DNA of 64,000 nucleotides, taken from the NCBI GenBank assembly GCA_947625125.1, contig CANQNF010000007.1, positions 14,667 through 78,666 on the forward strand, given 5' to 3'. This DNA is from an uncultured Clostridia bacterium (lineage in GTDB: Bacteria > Bacillota > Clostridia > Oscillospirales > Ruminococcaceae). Position numbers and translations under genes: made by a program. The notes under the pieces are model-generated. The model saw only the letters and a program-made list of their open reading frames with translations. It made no database searches and had not been told where the DNA came from. Below are positions 17,890 through 27,153 of this stretch, piece by piece; position 1 is the first letter of the stretch, and each line of letters begins with the position of its first letter.

Positions 17890-18627
17890 ATGACAGCCCG
17901 GGAATTTGGCATAAATAACAGCGATGTCGTCGTTTTTTTGCATGGCGGCGGGCTTGGTTGGTGGAATTTTGCGGACGAAATCGGGCTTCTCAAAGGCCGT
18001 TTTCACGTTGTTATTCCCGCTTTGGACGGCCATGCCGGAAGCGACTCTGATTTTTCATCTATTGAGGATAACGCTGCCAGAATCATAAATTATATTGACA
18101 AAAATTTCGGCGGACATGTGCTCATGATCGGAGGCTTATCGCTTGGCGGACAGATACTTTTGGAGATTCTCTCGCGCCGCAAAAACATATGCAAATTCGC
18201 GATTATCGAGAGCGCGCTTGCCCTGCCCATGCCGATAACTTGCCGCCTAATTAAGCCGACTATCATGCTAAGCTACGGGCTGATTCGCAAAAAATGGTTT
18301 TCAAGGCTGCAGATGAAAAGCCTGAATATTCGGGGCAGCCTGTTTGACGATTATTACCGCGACACCTGTGCCATCACACGCGAGAATTACATCAGGATTC
18401 TGCAAAGTAACTCCTCGTATCGCGCAAGGTCGGATTTAGCGCAGTGCCAAGCGAAAGCGATGATATTTGTCGGCGGCAAGGAGCGCCCTATTATGAAAAA
18501 ATCCGCAAAGATGATTAACGGTTTGAAGCCGAACAGTGAGATGATAACTATGAATTATAATCATGGCGAACTGAGTCTGAATCATGCGGAGGAGTATGTG
18601 GAGTATATGATGAAGTTGATTGATTAA
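17890..18627 (+). CDS. Alpha/beta hydrolase
   Basis: It has VVFLHGGG and GLSLGG (a GxSxG nucleophile elbow). Confidence 0.75.
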   Translation: MTAREFGINNSDVVVFLHGGGLGWWNFADEIGLLKGRFHVVIPALDGHAGSDSDFSSIEDNAARIINYIDKNFGGHVLMIGGLSLGGQILLEILSRRKNICKFAIIESALALPMPITCRLIKPTIMLSYGLIRKKWFSRLQMKSLNIRGSLFDDYYRDTCAITRENYIRILQSNSSYRARSDLAQCQAKAMIFVGGKERPIMKKSAKMINGLKPNSEMITMNYNHGELSLNHAEEYVEYMMKLID

Positions 18628-18656
18628 AATAAATTTATGCTGATTTTTCGCTCCCC

Positions 18657-18687
18657 GCGCCCCGTCATCATGGCAGGGCGCTTTTTT
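18657..18687 (+). terminator. Rho-independent terminator
   Basis: A GCGCCC...GGGCGC stem is followed by TTTTTT. Confidence 0.65.
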
Positions 18688-18842
18688 CATTCAACCATAA
18701 TTATTTATCTTCAACCCTCTTCTTGTACTTTAACAGTTTACCCAAATAGTAACTCACTGCCGCCCAAGTGCCGAGCATCGCCAGATTATCCGCAAAAACA
18801 AGCAGGGCGGGGCGTTCGTAATCCAAAAAAGCAAAGTGGGTC

Positions 18843-19238
18843 CTAAACGTCATAATCCAAATCTCCGTCGGTGTAGGGCTCGGCGGGGATAATTTCGTAG
18901 ACGTCCGCGCCCAGTTTTTCGGCGATTTTCTCAGCGAGACCCTGCGTGTTTCCCGTGCAGGAGAAGTACGCAACAAGGATTTTGCTGCCCTGTTCTTCGG
19001 GCTCTTCGGGAGTAGCTTCAGCTTCGGTTTCAGATGATTCTGTGACGTCTGCGGGAGCTTCCTCCGGTTCGGTTTCCTCGGTATTTTCAACATCAGCGGC
19101 AGCTTCGGAAGTCGTTTGAATGGGCTGATTTTCGGTTTGTTCAGCATTCTGCGCGGGGTTTTCCTGCGGCTCCGCACCGCAAGCTGCGAGCATAAGTGCA
19201 AGGCACAAAGCCGCAATTATTACAAAAAATTTCCTCAT
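18843..19238 (-). pseudogene. Lipoprotein flavodoxin, C-terminally truncated
   Basis: A signal peptide with lipobox (LMLAAC) and an acidic linker precede [45 protein letters not shown], then a stop. About 100 aa of the flavodoxin fold are missing. Confidence 0.55.
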
Positions 19239-19250
19239 TTTAAGTCCTCC

Positions 19251-20261
19251 TCAAACCACATTTCCCGCCTTTTGCTTGCCGTTTTGCGCCATCACGCCGA
19301 CCAGCGCGTGGGGCACATAAAGTTCTTCAAGATAGTTAATTTCTTCGTCGCTCAGCGCGAGGTCTACCGCCCTTGCCGCACCCTCGACGTGTGAGATTTT
19401 TGTCGCACCGACGACGGGCGCAGTCACCTTTGTAAGCAGCCAAGCAAGCGCGACCTCGGTCATCGAAACGCCGCGTTTATCGGCGATTTCCGCCACCCGC
19501 GCGATGATTTTTCCATCGGCTTCGGCGGTGGAATCGTACTTGAATTTCGCGTAAGAATCCTCCTCGAGCCGCTTCGACGTCTCGCCCGGGCACTTCGAGA
19601 GCCGCCCGCCCGCAAGCGCACTGTACGGGGTCATCGCGATGTTCTGATCGCGGCAGAACGGCGCCATTTCGCGCTCCTCCTCGCGGGCAATGAGGTTGTA
19701 GTGCCCCTGAATTGATACAAATTCGGTCAGATGATGCGCTCGCGCGTAGAAATTCGCTTTAGCAAGCTGCCACGCGAAGCAGTTTGAGATACCGATGTAG
19801 CGAGCCTTGCCGGCTTTGACGACGTTATGCAAGCCTTCCATTATCTCCTCCATCGGCGTGTGGTAGTCCCACATGTGGTAGATATAGAGGTCTACGTACT
19901 CCATATTTAGATTTTTAAGGCTTTGGTTGAGATAGTTCTCAATGTGCTGCTGCCCCGAGATTCCGCCGTCTATTTCCTCCTGCGTGCGCGGGGTAAATTT
20001 CGTCGCGACGACGACCTCATCGCGCTTGGCGAAGTCGCGAAGCGCCCGCCCCAAAAACTGCTCGCTCGTGCCGTTTTGGTAGACGATTGCGGTGTCAAAA
20101 AAGTTGATTCCGAGCTCAAGTCCGCGCTTGATGATTTCGCGTGAAGTTGCTTCGTCCACCGTCCAGCTATGCTGACCCGTCGAAGCGTTTCCGAAGCCCA
20201 TGCAACCCATGCAAATCCGCGAAACATTGAGCTCGGAATTGCCCAATTTTGTGTATTTCAT
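19251..20261 (-). CDS. Aldo/keto reductase
   Basis: A 336-aa protein with LGNSELNVSRICMGCMGFG, DTAIVYQNG and the other AKR signatures. Confidence 0.85.
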   Translation of the reverse strand: MKYTKLGNSELNVSRICMGCMGFGNASTGQHSWTVDEATSREIIKRGLELGINFFDTAIVYQNGTSEQFLGRALRDFAKRDEVVVATKFTPRTQEEIDGGISGQQHIENYLNQSLKNLNMEYVDLYIYHMWDYHTPMEEIMEGLHNVVKAGKARYIGISNCFAWQLAKANFYARAHHLTEFVSIQGHYNLIAREEEREMAPFCRDQNIAMTPYSALAGGRLSKCPGETSKRLEEDSYAKFKYDSTAEADGKIIARVAEIADKRGVSMTEVALAWLLTKVTAPVVGATKISHVEGAARAVDLALSDEEINYLEELYVPHALVGVMAQNGKQKAGNVV

Positions 20262-20270
20262 ATAGCCTCC

Positions 20271-20891
20271 TTAACTTTTTAGCAGACCGATAACGCAGTT
20301 ATACGTTATCTCATAAATCGTCAAAAATACATAATTCACGCCGGCTTCTTCCATCGCCGCGCGCTGCTTTTCGGTGACGAACGTGTAGGGGTAAATTCCG
20401 AACATGAACGGGAAGAAGTTGTAGATAAAATCGTCAACCTGTTTAGCAGTCATCTCGGAGAAGAATTTTTCAAGGCAGTCCCGAACCGCGCCCATAGCCC
20501 GTCCATAGGCGACTTTCATCTCGACCAAATTCTCCGGGCGGCTGTTTTCCTCCATATCGTAATGATTCATCGACATGATTTTGAGAAGCTGCGCGCGGTT
20601 CTCCAAAGAATGAGCAAGTGCCTCCGCAAACTCCTCGCGGGTCATTTTTTCATGCTCTAAAATAGATGACAATTCATCAATCCAGCAATTGTATTCTCGG
20701 GTCAGGAGCGCTAAGAAAATCTCCTCTTTAGTTTGGAAATAGTTGTAAATCGACGTGCGGGTGAAGCTCGTCGCGCCCGCGATGTCGCGAAGCGTTATCT
20801 CCTTAAAACTTTTAACCTGATAAAGCTTTTCGCAGGCGTTTATGATCTCCTCGCGCCTCGCTTCGGTAAGCTCGGGTGAACCTTTCGGCAT
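20271..20891 (-). CDS. TetR family transcriptional regulator
   Basis: This is Met119 of ORF 20271..21245, preceded by GGAGG. The HTH reads ITLRDIAGATSFTRTSIYNYFQTKEEIF. Confidence 0.8.
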   Translation of the reverse strand: MPKGSPELTEARREEIINACEKLYQVKSFKEITLRDIAGATSFTRTSIYNYFQTKEEIFLALLTREYNCWIDELSSILEHEKMTREEFAEALAHSLENRAQLLKIMSMNHYDMEENSRPENLVEMKVAYGRAMGAVRDCLEKFFSEMTAKQVDDFIYNFFPFMFGIYPYTFVTEKQRAAMEEAGVNYVFLTIYEITYNCVIGLLKS

Positions 20892-20905
20892 ATTGCCGCC
20901 TCCTT

Positions 20906-21283
20906 TTAAATAATTATGTTTACAATTATCCCCGCCGCGAATGAAAATGCCATCACGAACAGAAGATAAATTATAAAATTCTTGATTCCCAGCACGATTT
21001 TCAGCGCACCGAGGTTTGTTATTTTGGTCGCGGGGCTTGTCAGCATAAACGAAGCCGCGCTTCCGAGGGTCATTCCCTCCGAGAGCCACATCTGCAAAAG
21101 CGGTATCGTGCCGCCGCACATATAAAGCGGTACGCCTATCGTCGCGGCCATGAACACACCGAACACCGATACTGCCGAGCCGATGACCATGCCCAAGACC
21201 CAGTACCAAAAAATCTGCCCTAACTGCACGCTGAAATAGTACCAAAGATAGACCGCTTCGCGGTGCAAAACGTCAATCATCAA
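20906..21283 (-). CDS. ArsP/DUF318-type permease, unusually short (possibly internally deleted)
   Basis: At 125 aa it keeps only the N-terminal TM and the C-terminal GVPLYMCGGTIPLLQ...SPATKITNLGAL segment. The family is normally ~300 aa. Confidence 0.45.
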   Translation of the reverse strand: MMIDVLHREAVYLWYYFSVQLGQIFWYWVLGMVIGSAVSVFGVFMAATIGVPLYMCGGTIPLLQMWLSEGMTLGSAASFMLTSPATKITNLGALKIVLGIKNFIIYLLFVMAFSFAAGIIVNIII

Positions 21284-22370
21284 TATTCTCCAATCGGTAT
21301 TCGCGGCTGCCGAGACCGATCTCTTCGGCGTGTTCGAGAGTGTGCAGACCGTTTCGCGACTCTATTCTTTTGATGAGCGACTGACCGTCCTCGGCGGCAT
21401 AAACCAAGTCAATGCAGGCCTGATCGAGCGCGACCGGGTCGAACGACGCCAAAATCCCGATGTCGTGCATATCGGGTTCGGCAGGGTTACTGTCGCAATC
21501 GCAATCGACCGACAGACGGTTCATCACGTTAATATACAAAATATTTCCGTCAAGTGCGTCAACGACCGACTTTCCCGCCTCCGCCATTGATTCCAAAAAC
21601 GGATCCTGTTCCGCGCTCCACATGCTGCCGCCCTTGCCCGCGGTGTGGATATGCGACTTGCCGTCAGACGAAGCGATTCCTATCGAAATATTCTTGATCG
21701 CACCGCCGAAGCCCGCCATCGCGTGACCCTTAAAATGCGAAAGAACGACGAAATAATCGTAGTTTGCGAAGTGCGAGCCGACGTAGTTTTCGGTGAGATT
21801 GCTGCCGCCCTCGACCGTAAGCGTCATCGAGCCGTCCTCGTCCATAATGTCAACATCGGCGATGTCGGTGTAGCCGTGGTCCTTAGCGACCTGATAGTGC
21901 ATCGCTGTATTAGCGCGCTGCCCTCCGTAAGCGGTGTTGCACTCGATTATGGTGCCGTCAAGCGACTGCACAAGCTCGCCGATCAGGTCGGTGCGAAGAT
22001 AGTTGCTCCCCGGCTCGCCCGTAGAAATCTTGACCGCGATTTTCCCCTCGGGATCAGCGCCCAAAGCCTCATAAGCCGCCATAAGACCGTCGGAGCTGAT
22101 GTCGGAGGTCATGTAGACGACGGGCAATGTTCTTTCCGCATGTTTCTCGCCGTCGGGCAGTGCTTCGGTAGTGTCAGTTGAATCAGTGGCTATTTCTAAT
22201 TCATCAGTCTGTGCAGATTCGGCCATTTCTGTTAAAGCCTGCGTTCGCACTTCGGCAGGTTCTGTCGCGTTTTCGTCATTCGGTTTAGTTTCGGGATCAT
22301 TTTCGACTCCCGCAACCCCGCAGCCGACGAGCATCAAAGCCGCTAAAAATGCGAGTAATAGGCGTTTCAT
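21273..22370 (-). CDS. DUF362-domain lipoprotein
   Basis: This is Met72 of ORF 21273..22583. It has a signal peptide with lipobox (LMLVGC) and the DUF362-like core SHFKGHAMAGFGGAIKNISIG. Confidence 0.6.
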   Translation of the reverse strand: MKRLLLAFLAALMLVGCGVAGVENDPETKPNDENATEPAEVRTQALTEMAESAQTDELEIATDSTDTTEALPDGEKHAERTLPVVYMTSDISSDGLMAAYEALGADPEGKIAVKISTGEPGSNYLRTDLIGELVQSLDGTIIECNTAYGGQRANTAMHYQVAKDHGYTDIADVDIMDEDGSMTLTVEGGSNLTENYVGSHFANYDYFVVLSHFKGHAMAGFGGAIKNISIGIASSDGKSHIHTAGKGGSMWSAEQDPFLESMAEAGKSVVDALDGNILYINVMNRLSVDCDCDSNPAEPDMHDIGILASFDPVALDQACIDLVYAAEDGQSLIKRIESRNGLHTLEHAEEIGLGSREYRLENIDD

Positions 22371-22593
22371 GGGCGTTCTCCTTTCAGATTTGTAAGGTGT
22401 AAAATTATTCTGACATCTTGTCAGCGTAATCAGTAGAGCACCATTCTGACACAATGTCAATAGTTTTTGAAAAAAATTTTGCTTTCGGGGCATTGGGGAG
22501 GGGGGGAATGACCTAAAAGCATGATATACATGAATTGAAACATAAAAATTCTTTTTTGGCAGAAAATACCCTTGACAAATCACGTCTCAAAAA

Positions 22594-24147
22594 ATGGTCC
22601 TTGAGGCATATGCACGAGAAAAAAGATTACCTAACCCGCGGTTTTTCGTCGATGACGGATACAGCGGCACTAACTACGATCGCCCCGGTTTTCAAGAGAT
22701 GCTCGCAGAAATTGAGGCGGGAAATGTAGCGGTATGTATCACAAAAGACCTCTCAAGGTTGGGGAGAAACTCGGCATTGACAGGGCTTTACATCAACTTC
22801 ACTTTCCCGAAATACGGCGTGCGATACATCGCCATTAACGACCGCTTCGACACCATCGACCCGAATAGTACTGACAACGACATGGCGGGTATAAAAAACT
22901 GGTTTAACGAATTTTTCGCTAAAGATACCAGCCGTAAAATTCGAGCCGTTAATAAAGCTAAGGGCGCGCGAGGTGTACCGTTGACGGTGAATGTACCGTA
23001 CGGCTATATCAAAGACCCAAACGACCGTACAAAATGGCTTATTGACGATGAGGCGGCAAGCGTAGTCAAGGACATTTTTAATATGTGTATTGAGGGTCGC
23101 GGACCTTTGCAAATCGCAAAAGCTTTGCGAGAGAATCACGTTCTCACGCCGACAGCGTATAAAAATCGCAAGGGCATAAAATCGCCGAGTACTGAAAATG
23201 CTGACCCATATCGTTGGAATGCAAACACGGTCGTCCATATTTTGGAACGCTTGGAGTACACAGGCTGCACCGTCAATTTTAAAACTTATACCAACTCGAT
23301 TTGGGATAAAAAACAGCGGGATAATCCCGAAGAAAACTGGGCAATTTTCGAGAATACCCATCCCGAAATAATTAAACCTGATGTATTCAAAAAGGTGCAG
23401 GAAATCCGAAAACAGCGCCATCGCAGAACGCGAACAGGCAAAAGCAGTATGTTCTCAGGACTCGTTTACTGTTATGACTGCGGTGCGAAAATGCGTTATT
23501 GTACGACCAAGGACTTTGAAAAGCGGCAGGACCACTTTGTTTGCGGGAATTACAAAAGCAATACCGGGAGTTGCACAATTCACTTTATCCGAGCGGTCGT
23601 CCTTGAACAGCTTGTGCTGACGAATATGCAGATCGTAATTTCATACGTTACGGCTCACGAGAATTATTTTCGACGAGTTATGACCGAGAAAATGTCGCTT
23701 AAGAGTGCTGAAATAATCAAATCAGCTAAAAGAAAACTCGCACAAAAGGAAAAGCGGCTTGCCGAGCTTGATAGGCTCTTTATCAAGATTTATGAGGACA
23801 ATGTGGCAGCAAAGCTAAGCGACGAGAGGTTCGCAATGATGAGCGAGCAATACGAAGATGAGCAGGCGCAACTTCGCAAGGATATTTCCGAGTTGCAAGC
23901 CGAAATTGCAGAACAGGAGCGGCAGAATGAAAATCTGGAATTGTTCATTAAGAGGGCTCGGAAATATGAGGGACTTAACGAGCTAACACCATACGCCTTG
24001 CGGGAGCTTGTAAAGGCGATTTATGTTGAAAAACCTGACAAGTCAAGCGGCAAGAGGAAACAGAAAATCAGGATTCAGTATGATCTCATAGGTTTTATAC
24101 CTATAAACGAGCTTTTGCAAGCGGAGAAGCAAAGAGAAACGGCATAA
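22594..24147 (+). CDS. Large serine recombinase lacking the N-terminal catalytic-Ser segment (probably inactive)
   Basis: A 517-aa protein with the resolvase core DDGYSGTNYDRPGF..ITKDLSRLGRN, a recombinase domain, a zinc ribbon (CYDCGAKM...CGNY) and a coiled coil. Upstream in-frame homology (ITSQK) stops at TGA 22573-22575, so the YxRLSRDD motif is absent. Confidence 0.8.
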   Translation: MVLEAYAREKRLPNPRFFVDDGYSGTNYDRPGFQEMLAEIEAGNVAVCITKDLSRLGRNSALTGLYINFTFPKYGVRYIAINDRFDTIDPNSTDNDMAGIKNWFNEFFAKDTSRKIRAVNKAKGARGVPLTVNVPYGYIKDPNDRTKWLIDDEAASVVKDIFNMCIEGRGPLQIAKALRENHVLTPTAYKNRKGIKSPSTENADPYRWNANTVVHILERLEYTGCTVNFKTYTNSIWDKKQRDNPEENWAIFENTHPEIIKPDVFKKVQEIRKQRHRRTRTGKSSMFSGLVYCYDCGAKMRYCTTKDFEKRQDHFVCGNYKSNTGSCTIHFIRAVVLEQLVLTNMQIVISYVTAHENYFRRVMTEKMSLKSAEIIKSAKRKLAQKEKRLAELDRLFIKIYEDNVAAKLSDERFAMMSEQYEDEQAQLRKDISELQAEIAEQERQNENLELFIKRARKYEGLNELTPYALRELVKAIYVEKPDKSSGKRKQKIRIQYDLIGFIPINELLQAEKQRETA

Positions 24148-24200
24148 CCGAAATTATGCCGTTTCAAGAAAATTAGTTTTGACTTCCTTATGACGCCCCG

Positions 24201-24623
24201 TCATAAGGAAGCTTTTCCATTCACAATATCCTCAAGCGTTTTTCGGTCGAAGAAGTCGTTTATCATCCCGTAAAACTCCGACCACATCGGATAGGTCCTG
24301 CACTCGGCCATCCTCTCGCACGGTTTCGCGCCATGCTCAAGGCATGCCACCGGCGCCAAATCACCCTCGGTGAGCCGCAAAACGTCCCCTATCCGGCAGG
24401 CCGCCGGCTCGACCTTGAGCCGATACCCGCCGGATTTCCCTTGGAGGCCCTCGATTATCCCGTTTTTCGTCAGCACCGGCAGTATCCTCTCAAGATATTT
24501 GAGAGAAATTCCCTGCCGCACGGCTATTTCTTTCATCGGCACATACCCGTCGCCGGCGTGCTCTGCAAGGTCGATAAGCACTCTGAGCGCGTACCGTCCT
24601 CTTGTCGAGATAAGCATACTCAC
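24201..24623 (-). CDS. Rrf2 family transcriptional regulator (CymR-like)
   Basis: STRGRYALRVLIDLAEH...MKEIAVRQGISLKYLERILPVLTKNGII. It is the last gene of the metY-cysK cluster. Confidence 0.8.
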   Translation of the reverse strand: MSMLISTRGRYALRVLIDLAEHAGDGYVPMKEIAVRQGISLKYLERILPVLTKNGIIEGLQGKSGGYRLKVEPAACRIGDVLRLTEGDLAPVACLEHGAKPCERMAECRTYPMWSEFYGMINDFFDRKTLEDIVNGKASL

Positions 24624-24666
24624 ACCTCTTTTTTATTTTCGGGGACATTTCATGCCCGGTTCTTTT

Positions 24667-25599
24667 TCAGTCTGCAAACATCGGCGTCGAAAGGTATCTG
24701 TCGCCCGTGTCTGGAAGCAGAACGACTATGTTTTTGCCCTCGTTTTCGGGTCTTTTTGCAAGCTCGATTGCGGCATATGCTGCTGCTCCCGAGGAAATTC
24801 CGACAAGAACTCCCTCGCTCCTGCCGATGAGTTTTCCCGTGGCGAATGCGTCCTCGTCGGAAACGGGAATGATTTCATCGTAGATTTTTGTGTTTAAAAT
24901 CTCCGGGACAAATCCCGCCCCGATACCCTGGATTTTGTGAGAGCCTGCGACTCCCGTGGATAAGACCGCAGAGGACTTCGGCTCGACTGCGACGATTTTA
25001 ACGTTCGGATTTTTTGATTTCAGGTATTCTCCCACGCCGGTGACGGTGCCGCCGGTGCCCACGCCCGCGACGAAGATATCGACATTGCCGTCGGTGTCCT
25101 CATAGATCTCAGGGCCGGTGGTCTCAAAGTGGGCCTTGGGGTTGACGGGGTTCACGAACTGCCCCGGAATAAAGCTGTTCGGCAGCTCCTTTGCAAGCTC
25201 ATCCGCCTTTGCGATAGCGCCTTTCATGCCCTTGGAGCCCTCCGAAAGAACGAGCTCCGCACCGTAGGCTTTCATCAGCTGTCTTCGCTCAACGCTCATC
25301 GTTTCGGGCATGACGATGATAATTCTGTAGCCTTTTGCCGCAGCGACTGCCGCAAGACCTATGCCGGTGTTGCCGCTGGTAGGCTCGATTATGACGGAGT
25401 CGGGCTTTAAAATACCCCTTTCCTCGGCGTCGTCAATCATCTTCTTTGCCACTCTGTCCTTGACGGAGCCCGCGGGATTGAAGTACTCAAGCTTAGCTAT
25501 GAGCTTTGACCTGAGATTTAAGGATTTTTCAATATTGGAGAGCTCCAAAAGGGGAGTCCTGCCGATGAGCTGATCGGCCGATTTAAAGATATTTGCCAT
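24667..25599 (-). CDS. cysK: Cysteine synthase A (O-acetylserine sulfhydrylase)
   Basis: A 310-aa protein with the PLP-lysine region NPAGSVKDR and TSGNTGIGLA. Confidence 0.9.
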   Translation of the reverse strand: MANIFKSADQLIGRTPLLELSNIEKSLNLRSKLIAKLEYFNPAGSVKDRVAKKMIDDAEERGILKPDSVIIEPTSGNTGIGLAAVAAAKGYRIIIVMPETMSVERRQLMKAYGAELVLSEGSKGMKGAIAKADELAKELPNSFIPGQFVNPVNPKAHFETTGPEIYEDTDGNVDIFVAGVGTGGTVTGVGEYLKSKNPNVKIVAVEPKSSAVLSTGVAGSHKIQGIGAGFVPEILNTKIYDEIIPVSDEDAFATGKLIGRSEGVLVGISSGAAAYAAIELAKRPENEGKNIVVLLPDTGDRYLSTPMFAD

Positions 25600-25612
25600 G
25601 ATTATCCTCCTG

Positions 25613-26902
25613 TTAAATATTTTTGACCGCGTCGAAGCCGCGTTTAAGGTCGCCGATTATATCGTCGATGTGCTCGGTGCCGATAGAGAGGCGGATGGTG
25701 TTGGGCTTGATGCCCTGATCCTCAAGCTCCTCGGGACTGAGCTGGCTGTGAGTGGTGGTCGCCGGGTGAATGACGAGGCTCTTTACGTCGGCAACGTTTG
25801 CAAGAAGCGAGAAAATTTCGAGGCTGTCGATGAATTTATGGGCTTCCTTTACGCCGCCCTTAATCTCGAACGTGAAGATGGAGCCTCCGCCGTTCGGGAA
25901 GTATTTTTTGTAAAGCTCATGGTCGGGATGCTCCGGAAGCGACGGGTGGTTGACCTTTTCGACCAGTGGGTGATTTTTAAGGAACTCCACGACTTTTTTC
26001 GTATTTTCGGCATGGCGCTCAATGCGCAGCGAAAGCGTCTCTATGCCTTGTAAAAGCAGGAAAGCCGCAAACGGGGAGATGGTAGCGCCGGTGTCTCTTA
26101 AAAGCACGGCGCGGATATATGTCACAAACGCCGCAGGCCTGGCAGCTTTTACAAACGATACTCCGTGATAGCTCGGGTTAGGCTCGGCTATTGCGGGGTA
26201 TTTTCCGCTTTTTGCCCAGTCGAATTTGCCGGAATCAACGATAATACCGCCGAGGGTGGTGCCGTGTCCGCCTAAGAATTTAGTTGCGGAATGGACCACG
26301 ATATCCGCACCGTGCTCTATAGGACGGATAAGGAAAGGCGTGCCGAAAGTGTTGTCAACGACAAGGGGAACGCCGTATTTGTGGGCCAAATCGGCAAGCG
26401 CGTCAATATCTGGAATATCGCTGTTCGGGTTTCCGAGGGTCTCGATGTAGATTGCGCGGGTGTTGTCCCGAATTGCGGACTCGACCTCTTTAAGGTCGTG
26501 GATGTTTACAAAGGTCGCGGTTATTCCGAGCCCGGGGAGAGTGTGCGCCAAGAGGTTGTAGCTTCCGCCGTAGATGGTTTTTTGCGCTACGAAGTGGCCG
26601 CCGTTCTGCCCAAGAGCTTCAAGAACGTAGGTTATCGCGGCAGCGCCCGACGCGAGCGCCAATGCTCCGACGCCGCCCTCAAGAGCGGCCACTCTCTTTT
26701 CCAAGACGTCCTGGGTGGAGTTGGTGAGCCTGCCGTAGATGTTTCCCGCGTCGGCAAGACCGAAGCGTGCGGCGGCGTGCTCGCAGTTTCTGAAGACATA
26801 GGAGGTGGTCGCGTAGATGGGGACCGCCCTTGAATCGGTTGCGGGGTCGGGATTTTCCTGACCGACGTGGAGCTGTAAAGTTTCAAATTTATATTCGGAC
26901 AT
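25613..26902 (-). CDS. metY: O-acetylhomoserine sulfhydrylase (aminocarboxypropyltransferase)
   Basis: This is Met14 of ORF 25613..26941 (an RBS GAAAGGAAG lies upstream). It reads FETLQLHVGQ...HSATKFLGGHG and belongs to the Cys/Met-metabolism PLP family. Confidence 0.85.
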   Translation of the reverse strand: MSEYKFETLQLHVGQENPDPATDSRAVPIYATTSYVFRNCEHAAARFGLADAGNIYGRLTNSTQDVLEKRVAALEGGVGALALASGAAAITYVLEALGQNGGHFVAQKTIYGGSYNLLAHTLPGLGITATFVNIHDLKEVESAIRDNTRAIYIETLGNPNSDIPDIDALADLAHKYGVPLVVDNTFGTPFLIRPIEHGADIVVHSATKFLGGHGTTLGGIIVDSGKFDWAKSGKYPAIAEPNPSYHGVSFVKAARPAAFVTYIRAVLLRDTGATISPFAAFLLLQGIETLSLRIERHAENTKKVVEFLKNHPLVEKVNHPSLPEHPDHELYKKYFPNGGGSIFTFEIKGGVKEAHKFIDSLEIFSLLANVADVKSLVIHPATTTHSQLSPEELEDQGIKPNTIRLSIGTEHIDDIIGDLKRGFDAVKNI

Positions 26903-27069
26903 GATATTTCTTCCTTTCAGATAAATGTTTCGGTGTTTCAAGGCTTACGGAAACATCGCGGCATTCGTCCGAACCGGAAGTTCGCCCTCACGAGGGTCTC
27001 GAAATAATTTTTCATAGGAATCAGTCCCTTGCGGCTTGAAATATTCACCTACCTTGTAGGTTGGTTTTG

Positions 27070-27098
27070 ATTATAACATATAATTCCTACCTTGTCAA
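27070..27098 (-). promoter_or_regulatory. Consensus sigma-A promoter of metY-cysK-rrf2 with an overlapping CymR-like half box
   Basis: On the minus strand: TTGACA (27093-27098), a 17-nt spacer, then TATAAT (27070-27075). The spacer contains GTAGGAATTA (27081-27090). Confidence 0.6.
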
Positions 27099-27153
27099 TA
27101 GGAAAATGAAAAAATTTTTTCGGAGTTAATTTTGCGGTTCCCGAGAGGGGGTA

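Noticed and set aside
12196-24147. The idea that the 12196 N-terminal recombinase fragment and the 22594 ORF are two halves of one gene, separated by a 10-kb excisable insert (skin-like element).
   Set aside because: The fragment ends with SIETQ and the long ORF's homology begins with ITSQK. The two pieces overlap in the same conserved motif with different codons, so they derive from paralogous genes. A better-matching continuation of the first fragment lies at 14289-14410.
26903-27069. A possible riboswitch or T-box in the ~165-nt metY leader.
   Set aside because: I could not find S-box (SAM-I) core motifs, a T-box sequence (AGGTGGTACCGCG-like) or a terminator/antiterminator pair. Only small hairpins are present. 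An Infernal scan would be needed to exclude rarer SAM classes.
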